Shown: positions 21,913-34,214, numbered from the stretch's first letter. The stretch: DNA of 64,000 nucleotides from Alphaproteobacteria bacterium (GCA_964291215.2 OZ219790.1:2368001-2432000), one strand, 5' to 3'. The notes: generated by a model from the sequence alone, not told the origin. Program-made: numbers and translations.

Positions 21913-24900
21913 CTTTCAACTGAGCACTGTTAGGATTCTCGCCAAAATAGATTGTTTTTTGATGTGGATCTGCTATCTAATGTGTCATGGAAGCGATAGT
22001 CGATACGCTGCGATCCAAATTTGTGGTGTTGCGTCCGGTTCTGAACGAACGTGCGCGGCGCCTGTAGGCGGCGACGGAGGCCCGTGCCATCGGGCGCGGA
22101 GGCATTGCGCGAGTGGCTGAGGCGACGGGGATGTCGCGCAGCACCGTTCGCGCCGGGCTGAAGGAGCTTGATTCGGAATCTTCGAGTGAGATTCCTTCAG
22201 GACGTTTGCGTCGCCCCGGCGGCGGGCGCAAGCGGGTGGCGGATGTGGATCCGGGTTTGGTGGCGGCGCTGGAGCGCGAGCTTGAACCGATGACGCGCGG
22301 CGATCCGGAGAGTCCGCTGCGGTGTCACAGTGCCGCACGGCTGGCGGACCGTCTTGCGGTCGAGGGCCACCGCGTCAGCGAGCGCACGGTGAACCGGCTG
22401 CTCCACGATCTGGGGTACAGCCTCCAGGCCAATCGCAAGACGCTGGAAGGCCGCCAGCCCGGGATGCGCAGTTCCGACGCGCCGGGTGCGCGCGTTCCAG
22501 AGGCTGGGCCAGCCTGTGGTGACACGAAGAAGAAGGAAATCCAGTACCGCAATGGCGGCCGGGCCCCAAGGGCGACCCTGAAGCCGTCAACGTGCATGAC
22601 TTCCCCAATCCAGAGCTCGGCAAGGCGATCCCCTACGGGGTCTACGATCTCACCGCCAACGCCGGCTGGGTCAGCGTCGGACACGACACGGCGGCGTTCG
22701 CGGTTGAGACCCTGCGCCGCTGGTGGCGGCAGATGGGCCGGCTGCTCTATCCCGATGCCAAGCGCCTGCTGATCACCGCCGACGGCTCCAACAACAGCCG
22801 CAACCGGCTGTGGAAGCTGCAGCACCTCGCCGACGAACTCGGGTTGAAGGTGTCGGTGGCCCACTTCCCGCCCGGAACCAGCAAGTGGAACAAGATCGAG
22901 CACCGGATGTTCTGCCATATCACCCAGAACTGGCGCGGCCGGCCCCTCGTCAGCTACCAGGTGATCGTCAAGCTGATCGCCGCGACCACCACCGGCGCCG
23001 GCCTCACCATACGCTCGGACCTCGACGAGAACAGCTATCCGCTCGGGGTCAAGGTCAGCGACGATGAGATGGACGGCCTCGCCATCCGCAGAGACCCGTT
23101 CCACGGCGAGTGGAACTACACCCTCACGCCACGGACATAACGAACATATTATTTTGGCGAGAGTCCTTAACTCGAATCGACTGACGCCGTATATACGGTT
23201 CCATGAGAATCGGCCTGCGACATTATGGCGACGAGACGGTTGACTGGCTGAAGGCACGGCTTGGCGCCGGGGATTGCACGCGGACCTTCCTGGCACGTGA
23301 GCTCTGCGAGCGTGAGGACTGGCGGAACGCGAAGGGCGAACTATGCCTCGGCCGCGCTTCCAAAGTTCTCCGCCGCACTCGATCTGCCTCTGCCGGAGGC
23401 TCGGTGACCCCGGAGTCCCTGGCCCCATCGCCGGATTATCCCGACAAGCACCTGTCATGCCGTCTCGGCGATCTTGGCGAGGTGGTTCCGGTTGCCGACG
23501 AGGACAAGTCGCTGGCGCGGTCGATGATGGCATCGCATCATCCCGAGGGCGATGCGGTCTGTCCCGGCGGGCGCATCCGCTACTGGATTCTCTCGTCCCT
23601 GCACGGCGTCCTCGGCGGCCTGGCGCTGCGTCCTGGCATCACAAAGCGCGGGACCTCCACATCGGCTGGCGGCGCGGGACGCTAACATCGGGCAGGTTGT
23701 CAACAATGACAGGTTTCTTCTGCTTCCCGGCGTCCGCGTCCATGGGCTTGCGTCCGTGGCGCTGTCGCTGTTCCATGGTCGCGTGGCGGACGACTGGGAG
23801 GAGCGCTACGGTGTTCGCCTAGCGTACAGCTACGTGAGTGCGGAGCATACGGGCCAGAGCTACCGTGCGGCGGTGTGCTGTCGGGAGCCGGACAAAGGGC
23901 CCCGGTTGCGGGTGTACGTGAAGCCGCTGTCGGCGGACTGGTCTCTCGGGCGGGCCGGGTGATCGGTTCAGGCCCGCGTCAAGGGAGGATGCGACATGGG
24001 CCGAGATGGAGTACGGACGGAGTGCGCACAGCGACGCGCGCAAGCGCCTTGTCACGATGGGCGAGGCTTGGTGCGGTCGTCCGGGTGCACCGATAATCTT
24101 TCCCGGCGAGGCGGAGCAGCAGGCGGCTTACAGGTTCCTGTCGAACCCGAGGATTGGCATGCGAGACATCCTTGAGCCGCATCAGGAGGCGATGCGTTGC
24201 CGCAGCCAGTCTGTCGTGCTTGCGGTTCAGGACACGACGATGCTGAACTACAGCGAGGCGACGCAGGGCCTTGTCGACATCGGCGGCTCTGGAAGCAAGG
24301 GGCTCATGTCGGCGTTGCGTTCAGCGGCTGCGCACTGGGGGTATTCAGCCTTGATTCCGTGCGGAGGACAAGGCAACGGCGGGCGAGGAAAGCGGACGGA
24401 CGCCTTCGCCAAGTCCGCCGAGCTGGCCTGTCCACAAACTCGCTCGTCTGCGACCGTGAGGGCGACATGTGGTCTCTTCTGTCGGAGGCCTCCGCGCCCG
24501 GCGGCTCCTGGTCCGCGCCAGCCGTTCGGGCGGGCCATCACGGCGGACGGCAAGGTCAGGGACCTGTTCGCGGCCGAATTGGATGTCGTCGCGGAGAAGA
24601 CGATCGACCTGTGGCGGCCCCCGGACGCGCAAGGGGCGCAAGAACATCAAGCTGGAGCTGCGGGCCGGTCCCGTCGACCTCGTCCCGCCCTAGGCACGGC
24701 CCCACTCACCATGCTTGCAGTGCGCGTCCTGGAGAAGACGCCGCCGACAGGACCGGCTGGTTGCTCTTGACCACCGAATGTGAGCCCACGCAGGAGAACG
24801 CGATCCCCATCGTCACCTGGAAACGCTGGCTGAGAGTGGTTCGCGGCCGTCAAGACCGGAACGCGGATCAAGGGGCTCAACGCCGCCGACGACCTGAGGA

Positions 24901-25235
24901 AGTGCCTCGCCTGCCATTACTGCATGCACCGTCATGTCTGTCGAGCGCCTCGCGCGGAGCGCATGCCGGCGCGCACGATCGTCCACGAGGACGAGATCCA
25001 TGTCCTCGCCGTCCACATACCGAACCACCGCAGGCAACGCGGTCCACCCGACCCGGATCAGGCGATCGCGGAGTTCGCCGTCAACACCGCGCGCCTCGCC
25101 GGATTCATCTCGTCGAAGCGCCAGCCCATGCCGGGCACCCACAAACTCTGGGAAGGATACCTGATCTTGTTCACTGAAAACTACCGGGCTATGCGCGACT
25201 ACGCCAACATCGAGTTGACAGTGTACCATTGAAAG
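21913..25235 (+). mobile_element. IS4/Tn5-like element with DUF4338-transposase fusion (degraded), containing a nested ISAzo13
   Basis: Ends CTTTCAA..TTGAAAG; 9-bp TSD GGGCGGCGC (21904-21912 and 25236-25244). ORF fragments 23203-25232: RIRYWI..HGVLGG, VVNNDRFLLLPGV, AAYRFLSN, LAVQDTT, CDREGD. Confidence 0.85.
21933..23166 (+). mobile_element. ISAzo13-family element (degraded)
   Basis: TIRs GGATTCTCGCCAAAATA / TATTTTGGCGAGAGTCC with TTA duplication; HDFP..KAIPYGVYD, HFPPGTSKWNKIEHRMF, FHGEWNY. Confidence 0.9.
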
Positions 25236-25393
25236 GGGCGGCGCCCCTCTGGCGGCGTGAGACAGGAGACGTCATGGAGCCACCGCACCAGCGCCGCTGC
25301 ACCATCTATGCCCGCTATTGCTCGAGCCTGCAGAACCCGCGTTCCATCGAAGATCAAATCCATCTTTGCCGACAGAAAACCCTCAATGAGGGC

Positions 25394-25413
25394 GGGGGGG
25401 GGGGGGGGGGGGG
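25394..25413 (+). repeat. G20 homopolymer inside the recombinase 5' region
   Basis: Directly visible run of 20 G. Confidence 0.9.
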
Positions 25414-25733
25414 AGAGATCGCCGTCTATGTCGACCGTGCCGAAAGCGGGACGTCGATGCACGAGCGCGAAGGCCTGCAGCAGCTCCTGCGCGACGTGCG
25501 GGCGGGGAAGATCGATGTCGTCGTCGCGGAGGCTCTCGACCGCCTCAGCCGGGACCTCGCGGATCTCGCCGCGATATGCAAGCGGCTGCGTTTCCAGGAC
25601 ATCACGCTCGTGACTGTCGAAGAAGGCGAGATCGGACCGTTTCACGTCTCCCTCAACCCAAGTTGGCACTTTTTGCGACTTGGAATTTTTATCACGTTGC
25701 GCGATTTTTTGTCGGCCGATTTCAACATGGCAC

Positions 25734-27266
25734 GTAACTGCTCACCCCCTGGTTCCGGCTTGATGTCGGGGTAGAGCAACGAACGGGTTTTCGTGGAGAT
25801 TTGACACTGCAGGCCGATTCGTTTAGTGGTGGTAATCGAGAACGACGGGGACCGCCAGTGGGCTACTTTGGATCGAAGGCGACGAGCGGGCTGTGCCAGC
25901 TGCTTCCGGGGCTCCAGCCCCCGCATGATCTGTATGTGGAAACGCATCTCGGAAGCGGCGCGCTGATGCCGGGTGATGGCGACGGGCGGCGCGCGAGGAG
26001 TTCGAAGCGGCCAAGACCGCGGCGCTGCCGGCAAGGTGGCGGAAGAGGCCGTGATCCGCGTCCTCGTCATCCTGCTCGACATCCTCATCGTCGTCCTTCT
26101 GGAGAAGACCACGCACGAGCCGGAACTCCGGTCTGCCGCCGTCACAGACGGACAAGAGCGTGCCGGGAGCAAGGGCCCGAAGCCGAACCGGCAGATGGGC
26201 GACAACCTGCGCAAGATCATCGTCGAGGAGACGGTCGCGGCCTGCGGCGCCGACATCGACGGCCCCGTCGATCGGGAGCGCCGCACGACATCGTGTTCGA
26301 GGTCGTCGAGCGCCGCGCCGAGATCAAGGAATGCCCGAAGTGCAAGGCCCGGGGCCGGTTCCCCGACAACATCCCGTGCAGTACGGCATCCAGGCCCTCG
26401 TCATCAACCTGCTGGTCGCCCAAATGCTGTCCCTGCGCCGTCGCGTTCGTGCAGGCGATCTCCGGCATCAAGCTCTCCGAGGCAACCTGCCTCAGCTATG
26501 CTTTCACGATGCGTCATGGGAGGAGGCCGCCGTGGCGCACCTCCTGCAACGCCCAGCCCTGCATGTCGACGAGACCGGATTTCGGATCAACAGTAAGTGG
26601 CTTCATGTCGTGGGACCCTGACGTGCAAGTTCCCGCACCGCAAGCGCGGCCGGGAGGCAAGAGATCGGCATCATCCCGTGCTACAAGGGCGTCCTGGGCC
26701 TCGTACATGGGCCAGTGTAGCCACCAGCTGTGCGGTAGCCACCTGCTGCGCGAACTGACCTTTGTCGTCGAGGCTACCGCTGGGCGCGACTGATGAAGAG
26801 CCTGCTCCGCGAGGTCTGCCACAAGGTCAACAAGAGCGCATCCAAGACCCTGAACGACGCCGGGCCGTGCGCAAGCGCTACCGCACCATCAGGGCGCCAG
26901 AGAACTGCCCGACATCCCGCCGACGACGAAAGGAAAACGTGGACGCAAGTCCGACGCGCACAACCTGCACGAACGTCTCGTGAAACACGAAAAGTCCGTT
27001 TTGCGCTTCATAGACAACCCCGATGTCAGCTTCACCAACAATGCCGGAGAACAGAAAATCAGGATGGCAAAGGTCAAGGTGTCCGGATGCTTCCGCACCA
27101 TGCTCCACGCAAAAGCATGGTGCCGGGGCTCAAGCTACCTCACCTCCATGGCCGCACTCGGCTACAATCATCACGTCGCAACCCAGATCGCCCTCGACGG
27201 AAATGCCGCAGACATCATCAACGAGCACTACGACCAATCAGAACCCAACTAGGGGTGAGTAGATAC
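25734..27266 (+). mobile_element. IS66-family element, copy A (degraded tnpC with methyltransferase-like leader)
   Basis: Ends GTAACTGCTCACCCC / GGGGTGAGTAGATAC; 8-bp TSD CATGGCAC; HVDETG, CGSHLLREL, FTNNAGEQKIR. Confidence 0.9.
25858..25977 (+). pseudogene. N-terminal fragment of a Dam-like (D12-class) DNA adenine methyltransferase carried in IS66
   Basis: GYFGSKATSGLCQLLPGLQPPHDLYVETHLG(G/S)GALM resembles MTase motifs X-I; preceded by TTGACA-17 nt-TAGTGG. Confidence 0.65.
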
Positions 27267-29351
27267 CATGGCACTACATTCCGTTGAATTCTGTCAGCTT
27301 GTGAGGCGGCTCCTCGTGCGGCGGGTTCGACACCAGCCGCCGAGGAGATTTCGGCGACCTCGGCGGTGCGTGTCCTGTCGGTTGACAATCAATGCGCGCA
27401 GGGGCGTGGTGACCCTGGTTCCGCATGCTCTCGCGGATTGATGTCCGGCACTTGTCGATGCCCCGCGCGGGGATCAGATGCACCGCGGCGAGCACGGCGA
27501 TCAACAGGTGGGCGGCGATGCGCTGGCCGGGCGCAATCCAAGCTCGGATTTCAATGAACGGAAGGTGGCCTCGATATCCATGTCCTGAGGACGGTCTCGA
27601 TATCCCGGTCGCTGGTGCGCAGGCGCCCGTGTTGTCTTGTCGTCTGTGGCTGAAGCGCACGGCCGTTGCGTTGGCGCCGGCCTTCTCGACGGTGATCTCG
27701 TAGTGCCGGGCGACGGTGGAGAAGCGCTGCCTGAGACCGCTCTCCGGCACCTTGTCGTGGCGCCGGCCCTTGGCCGAGAGGTGGAGCTTTGCCGCCTCGA
27801 AGCCCTGCGGCCAGGAATGCCGTCCTCGCCCTCTTCCTGCTCTTGCTGACCATGTAGAGCCGCGCCATCCTTGCTGGCAAGGCGCCTGCACCTCGTGGTT
27901 GGTGATCAGCCTCGGGCCCACCCTCGGGCGGCGCCGCCCGCGATCCAGCCGTGCTCACCACGCGATGTTCGCCTCGGTGGCGGCGTCCATGACTGCCGTC
28001 GGCTTCGCCGCCGGGCCGCCTCCAGCCTCGACAGCGCGTCCTCCAGCGTACCGGGTTCGCTCACGTTGCCCCGCAAGACCTCGCAACTGCGCCGAAAGCC
28101 CGCGCCGCGCAAGCGTGGGGCAATCATTGCGCTTCTGCTTCGAGCGCCCGAAGCGGGGGAGCTTGCCGTCGGCGCGGCCGTGAACATTGGTGAGGTCGTA
28201 AAAGGCGATGGTGTCGGGGATGCAGCGCGCGCTCGTGGTTGAACAGTTCTTTCCGGATGGCGGTCCGGTGACGCAGGTCGCCGATGCGGTACAGCGTCTT
28301 GCGCGCCTTGCCCTCCAGATCGAAGCTCCGCGGTCACGCTGTCATCGCGCAGCCAGCGCTCGCTGGCGGATCATCCTGGCGACGATCAGCGCACTCGTGA
28401 TGCCGAGGTCGTGAAGCCGAGATCGCGCCTCGAGGCACAGGCCAGCCGACCGAGCGCGGGTTCTCGAGGCTGTCGAGGTTGACGGTCGCAATTTGCGTGC
28501 GTCTTCCTCCGGAGCGTCGGCGCGAAACCTCCGGGCCCTTGTTGACGATGTTCTGCGGCCTGCACGCGGCTTCGAACAGCGGCGGGCGGCCAGCGCTTCG
28601 GCGGCAACCTCCTTCCAGTTCTTGCGCGCCGCCGGACAGTCGGTGCCGAGGCAGCGTGCGCTGCCTGACCTTGTCGCCGATGCGCTGAGAAAGCACGAGC
28701 CGGTGGACGGGTTTGCCGTCTGCGGTGCTGTGGGTTTTGGTTGCCCTGATGAACATGTTGTCTGGAGCCTTTTGTGTTGACGAGGCTCTGGATATACCGG
28801 GTTTGGCGGCGGGGTCGAGCGAATCTGCAATATCCTGGACTACAGCGCCCACCCCGGACACGCAATCAAAAATATAGTGGGTTCAAGAAAAAGGCCAACA
28901 ATATATAGTATGTCGAACGGGGCGGCCGCATAAATTTCGCCTTCGACTGACGCAAAAAGTGCCAACTTGGGTCAAGGGGGTGATGGCCGAGGACTACGTC
29001 AGGAGCCAGGCGCTGAAGACAGTGCGGGGCATGCAGGGAAATATCCGCGAAGGCCGGGCGGCCGGCGGCATAAGCTACGGATACCGGGTGCACCACCGTG
29101 TCGGAGAGGACGGCAAGATCGTGCGGGGGCACCGCGAAGTCGACCTCGAGCAGGCAGAAGTGGTGCGCCGAATCTACAATGGTACGCGGCGGGCAGGAGT
29201 ACGCGCTGGATTGCGGGTCAGCTCAATGCGGAAGGGATCCCGGCGCCAGGGGGCGGAATCTGGAAAGCTGTGACGATAAACGGAAACCGCGGGCGGAAGA
29301 CCGGAATCCTGCAGAACGAGCTGTACCGCGGGCGGTTGATATTCGGCCGAA

Positions 29352-30860
29352 GTATCTACTCACCCCTTGTTGGGTTCTGATTCATAGTGCTCGTTGATGA
29401 TGTCTGCGGCTTTTCCGTCGAGGGCGATCTGGGTGGCGACGAGTGGGTTGTAGCCGAGTGCGGCCATGGAGGTGAGGTAGCTTGAGCTCCGGCACCATGC
29501 TTTTGCGTGGAGCGGAAGCATCCGGACACCTTGACCTTTGCCATCCTGATCTTCTGTTCTCCGGCATTGTTGGTGAAGCTGACGTTGGGGTCGTCTGTGA
29601 AGCGCAGGTTTTCGTGTTTCACGAGACGTTCGTGCAGGTTGTGCGCGTTTGCGTCCACGTTTTCCTTTCGGCGGGATGTCGGGCAGTTCCCTGGCGCCCT
29701 GATGGTGCGGTAGCGCTTGCGCCCGGCGTCGTTCAGGGTCTTGGATGCGCTCTTGTTGACCTTGTGGCAGACCTCGCGGAGCAGGCTCTTCATCAGTCGC
29801 GCGGTAGCCTCGACGACAAAGGTCAGTTCGCGCAGCAGGTGGCTGCCGCACAGCTGGTGGCTACACTGGCCCATGTACGAGGCCCAGCAGTCAGGACGCC
29901 CTTGTAGCACGGGCCGATCTCTTGCCTCCCGGCCGCGCTTGCGGTGCGGGAACTTGCACGTCAGGGTCCCACGACATGGAGCCACTTACTGTTGATCCGA
30001 AATCCGGTCTCGTCGACATGCAGGGCTGGGCGTTGCAGGAGGTGCGCCACGGCGGCCTCCTCCCATGACGCATCGTGAAAGCATAGCTGAGGCAGGTTGC
30101 CTCGGAGAGCTTGATGCCGGAGATCGCCTGCACGAGCGCGACGGCACGGCGCAGGGACAGCATCTGGGCGACCAGCAGGTTGATGACGAGGGCCTGAATG
30201 CCGATGCCGTACTGCACGGGATGTTGTCGGGGAACCGGCCCTTGCACTTCGGGCATTCCTCGGCGCGGCGCTCGACGACCTCGAACACGATGTCGTGCGG
30301 CGCTCCCGATCGACGGGGCCGTCGATGTCAGCGCCGCAGGCGTCGCAGGCCGCGACCGTCTCCTCGACGATGGTCTTGCGCAGGTTGTCGCCCATCTGCC
30401 GGTTCGGCTTCGGGCCCTTGCTCCCGGCACGCTCTTGTCCGTCTGTGACGGCGGCAGACCGGAGTTCCGGCTCGTGCGTAGTCTTCTCCAGAAGGACGAC
30501 GATGAGGATGTCGAGCAGGATGACGAGGACGCGGATCACGGCCTCTTCCGCCACCTTGCCGGCCGCACGCAGCGCCTTGGCCGCTTCGAACTCCTCGCGC
30601 GCCGCCCGTCGCCATCACCCGGCCTTGCGCTTCATCAGCGCGCCGCCTCCGAGATGCGTTTCCACATACAGATCATGCGGAGCCCCGGAAGCAGCTGGCA
30701 CAGCCCGCTCGTCGCCTTCGATCCAAAGTAGCCCACTGGCGGTCCCCGTCGTTCTCGATGACCATCACTAAGCGAATCGGCATGCAGTGTCAAATCTCCA
30801 CGAAAACCCGTTCGTTACTCTACCCCGACATCAAGCCGAAACCAGGGGGTGAGCAGTTAC
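29352..30860 (-). mobile_element. IS66-family element, copy B (degraded)
   Basis: Same ends as copy A; 8-bp TSD CGGCCGAA. Confidence 0.9.
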
Positions 30861-31721
30861 CGGCCGAACCAAAAACCGCCGCGATCCGGACACGGGGCGG
30901 CGGCGGGCGCGCCCCGCGCCGCGTGACGAGTGGACGGTCACGGAGGTGCCGGAACTCCGGATCGTGGACGAGGATCTCTGGACGATCGTGCAGATGCGGC
31001 GGCAGGCAGGGCGGGGGCGGAGGACGGTGCGGCCGCTGACTCCGCTCATCCATTGCGGGCTGTGCAGCGGGCGAATGACGATCGTTGGGCGAGGCCGGTA
31101 CAGCTGCCAGACGAGGCGCGAGGCGTGCGAAAACGATCGCCGGGTGACGGCCCAGGAGGTAGAGCGGATGGCGATAAAGCAGCTTTGCGAGATCGTGCTG
31201 TTCGGTGCCGACTGGGTCAGCGTCCTCGAATCTGCCGGCGAGACAGTAGTCGCGATGCAGACCGAGGCACATCGGGAAATAGCCGACACGCAGCAGCGGC
31301 TCGACAATCTCTTTGAGACGATCGAGCTGGGGAAACGTGGCGATAGGGTTCGCAACCGAATCGCCGAACTCGAGCGGGCACTCGCTGCGAAGAAAATTGC
31401 GGACTAGGGCGCTCGACATCCTGCCGCGAGAGACGGCGGCGCCGCGCGAGCTCTGGGAGTAGCTCCAAGAACGGGTCACTATCCTGGCGCGGCGCGCAGA
31501 CTCCGACGATGCCGAGGTACGACGAGAGGCCATGATCCGGATCCGAGATCTCCTCGACCGGATCGAGGTCGTTCCGGGCGAGGAGCCGAGATCCGTCAAG
31601 ATCACGGTCCGGGCGGACAGGAACGCACTGATCAGCCTGGCGATCGTAACCGATTTCGAGTTGACGCTTGGCGAACCGATCCTGCGCAGGTTCGCCTGTA
31701 CCCGCGAAAATGGAGAGATCG

Positions 31722-32732
31722 ATGGCGGATGACCTGTACGTGGCGGTGACAGCCACGATCATCGAGCAGCTGCGGGACGGGGTGCGGCCGTGGCAGATGC
31801 CCTGGGACAGGGGCGAGGGCGTGGCAATGACCCGGCCGCTCCGACACACGGGCGAGCCCTACGCCGGCACCAACGTGCTGACGCTTTGGATGGCAGCTCG
31901 GCAGCGTGGTTACAGCTCGCCGTACTGGCTCACCTACAGGCAGGCTCAGGCCCAGGGCGGGCAGGTGCGCAAGGGTGAGCGGTCCGTCGGAGTGGTGCTG
32001 ATGCGGCCAGTTGCGAAATCGGAGGTCGATCCCGAGACCGGGCAGGAGCGTGAACGGCAGTTCGTGATCGCGCGGCGCTACGCCGTGTTCAATTCGGAGC
32101 AGGTCGACAGCTTGCCGGACCGATATCGGCGCTTGGCCGGGATCCACGATCTTCAGCTCGACGAGCGAATCGAGAGGGTGGGACGATTCGTGGCAGCGAC
32201 GGACTCGGACATCCGGCACGGCGGGAACAGTGCGTACTATGCCCCGGCGACGGATCACATTCAGATGCCCGACAGGGAGCGGTTCGGAGACACGGAAGGC
32301 TATTACGCAGTGCTGTGTCACGAGCTGGTGCACTGGACCAGGGACGCGACCCGCCTCGATCGGCGCTTCGGCGATCATCACAGCTTCGGCTCGGAGGTCT
32401 ACGCGAAGGAAGAGCTTGTTGCCGAAATCGGATCGGCGTTCCTGGCGGCCGATCTCGGACTCACACTTACGGTGCGCGAGGATCACGCCGCCTACGTCCA
32501 GAACTGGCTGGAGGTCCTCGAAAACGACACCCGGGCGATCTTCCGGGCCGCGGCCCACGCCCAGCGGGCAGCGGCCTACCTGCACGGCTGCTCCCGGCAC
32601 TGCAGCCAGATAGAAGGCACGCCAGTAGCGGTTGCGGCTCCGCGGCGTGATGAGGGTGGCCCGGCCGCAAGGCCGGTGTACGATATCGAGTGCGGCGGCG
32701 ATGTGGTCGACGGCGACCGGATTTCCTGGTGA
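31722..32732 (+). CDS. ardC: ArdC-family ssDNA-binding antirestriction protein (DUF1738 plus zincin-like domain); frame continues past TGA to 32996
   Basis: IIEQL..GVRPWQMPW, YAGTNVL, WLTYRQA..GGQVRKGE, HELVHWT, YAKEELVAEIGSAF. Confidence 0.9.
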   Translation: MADDLYVAVTATIIEQLRDGVRPWQMPWDRGEGVAMTRPLRHTGEPYAGTNVLTLWMAARQRGYSSPYWLTYRQAQAQGGQVRKGERSVGVVLMRPVAKSEVDPETGQERERQFVIARRYAVFNSEQVDSLPDRYRRLAGIHDLQLDERIERVGRFVAATDSDIRHGGNSAYYAPATDHIQMPDRERFGDTEGYYAVLCHELVHWTRDATRLDRRFGDHHSFGSEVYAKEELVAEIGSAFLAADLGLTLTVREDHAAYVQNWLEVLENDTRAIFRAAAHAQRAAAYLHGCSRHCSQIEGTPVAVAAPRRDEGGPAARPVYDIECGGDVVDGDRISW

Positions 32733-33023
32733 GAGCCGCTGTGGCAGGGAGACCCCGGCGGCAAACAGCTCAGAGGTCACTGTGTGATCCAGGGTATCGT
32801 CGATGCGGTGACGGACCGCAATCATGTCCAGGTGCGGGTAACGGCCGCAGTCGGGGACGACGCGCCGAAACCCGGGGACACCATAGAGAGGAGCCGCGAT
32901 CTGTTCGTCGGCTACGGCTGCAAACGGGCCGATGAGCAGGAGCGAGCGGCGCGCCAGCAGGTGGACGCGATGTCGAAGGACCAGGACCGCAGCTAAGCCG
33001 TCGGGCTGGGAGCCTGACAGGAC

Positions 33024-33275
33024 GTGGGCGAGGCCGGGAAAGTCCCCGGTTGTGTCCTGCTGGTGCGGATAGATCCGGCGCGCCGCATGCGGCGCTACTA
33101 TCGGATCGAAATCAGTCGCAGCCTGGTCGGCGGTTGGCTGATGGTCCGGGAATGGGGCCGCCTGGTATACCGAGGCCGGTCGCGGAGGCGACATTTCGAG
33201 ACCCGGGCCGAGGCCGAGGAGGCTATGGCGCGGCTGGAGCGAGAAAAGCGGCGGCGAGGGTACCGCACAGCATAG
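33024..33275 (+). CDS. WGR-domain protein
   Basis: RIDPARRMRRYY..L.GGW..REWGR..KRRRGY. Confidence 0.8.
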   Translation: MGEAGKVPGCVLLVRIDPARRMRRYYRIEISRSLVGGWLMVREWGRLVYRGRSRRRHFETRAEAEEAMARLEREKRRRGYRTA

Positions 33276-33285
33276 GAGGCGAACG

Positions 33286-33552
33286 ATGACGATCTTTCAG
33301 AGACCGGAAGGTTTCCCCGAGCCCGAACCGATCGGGCCGGGCACGAAGCTCGAATACATTGATCCGGAAGACGTAGAGAACGAGGACTACAGCGAGGTGC
33401 TCTCGGTCGAGGGCGGGATCGCGGAAGTCGCGTGGCACAAGAGCGGGCGTCGCGAGGAGATGGAGATCGGGGAACTGACGGATTTTGTCGTCAAGGACTG
33501 GGATCGGGAGCACTGGAAGCTGGATTGTAAGGGTCGCGGGAACGGGCAATGA
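33286..33552 (+). CDS. Small acidic hypothetical protein
   Basis: AGGAGG RBS, 88-aa ORF. Confidence 0.55.
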   Translation: MTIFQRPEGFPEPEPIGPGTKLEYIDPEDVENEDYSEVLSVEGGIAEVAWHKSGRREEMEIGELTDFVVKDWDREHWKLDCKGRGNGQ

Positions 33553-34119
33553 TCCGCGCCACCGAGCCCGATTGACAGGTCCTCCCCTTTAGCATGGAGT
33601 GCCTCGATTGCAGAGGGATAGGCATTCTCCCGGCGACGCCGACATCCACCGAACGCGTCTGTGGGACTTGCGACGGGGCCGGCGCGCTGCGCTTGCGGAG
33701 GCATCAGCTGTCTTTAGCCGTCCCACCGGAGGCACGCAGAGACGCCACCCTGCCGTCGATGTAGGAGGTGCTTGAAATGACTCAGCGACACCTGCTCAGG
33801 CACTGCCACCGGCTTCTTGGACTGAAGGGGGAATGAGCTGCTGACTAAATTCGTGCAATGTTTGCACTGATTTCCTCCACCGTCGCCGACTCGGCGCTCC
33901 GCGCCTGGCGGCCGGACCGCGGCTACAGGGGACGGCCTCTACCCGGTGGAATTCCCAACACAGGGGCCGGGACCGTCCCGCCCTGCGGGCGAACCAGTCC
34001 CGCCCCTGGATGGAAAACTTGGGGCACCGGGCGCCCCCAAACCCCCAAATGCGCTCGCTTCGCGAGCCCTGCTTGCCGTCTATGCTCGCGCCGCTCGCTT
34101 CGCGGCGCTTATCGGCTCT

Positions 34120-34214
34120 CGGTCAAGGGCCGCGCCGGCCGTGGCTCCTACGCGCTTCGCGCTCCGTGCGCCCGCACCACCCGGCGCTTTCCGCTTCGCT
34201 CCAAACCTTGACCG
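34120..34214 (+). promoter_or_regulatory. Frpo/ssi-like single-strand promoter stem-loop
   Basis: CGGTCAAGG...CCTTGACCG inverted repeat enclosing CGCTTCGC hairpins, upstream of a small ORF near ardC. Confidence 0.5.

Larger units (their letters stand above)
25657..28971 (-). mobile_element. IS1634-like element, copy 1 (degraded), with nested IS66
   Basis: TIRs CCCAAGTTGGCACTTTTTGCG at both ends, TCAA duplication; MFIRATKT..RQRTL, FYDLTN, RFGRSK. Confidence 0.82.
25274..31732 (+). pseudogene. Large serine recombinase (integrase) interrupted by an IS1634-like element and IS66
   Basis: IYARYCS..SIEDQ, EALDRLSR; resumes at 28972 (KGVMAEDY..GGISYGY) and at 30861 (PELRIVDEDLW..CGLC zinc ribbon); internal stop at 31407. 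Confidence 0.85.

Noticed and set aside
23203-23960. Druantia defence system
   Set aside because: DUF4338 lies inside IS ends fused to transposase, and there is no DruE helicase or other dru gene.
32730-32732. In-frame TGA in the ArdC tail as selenocysteine
   Set aside because: The paralogous domain has Ala at this column, there is no redox motif and no clean SECIS. A nonsense mutation is more likely.
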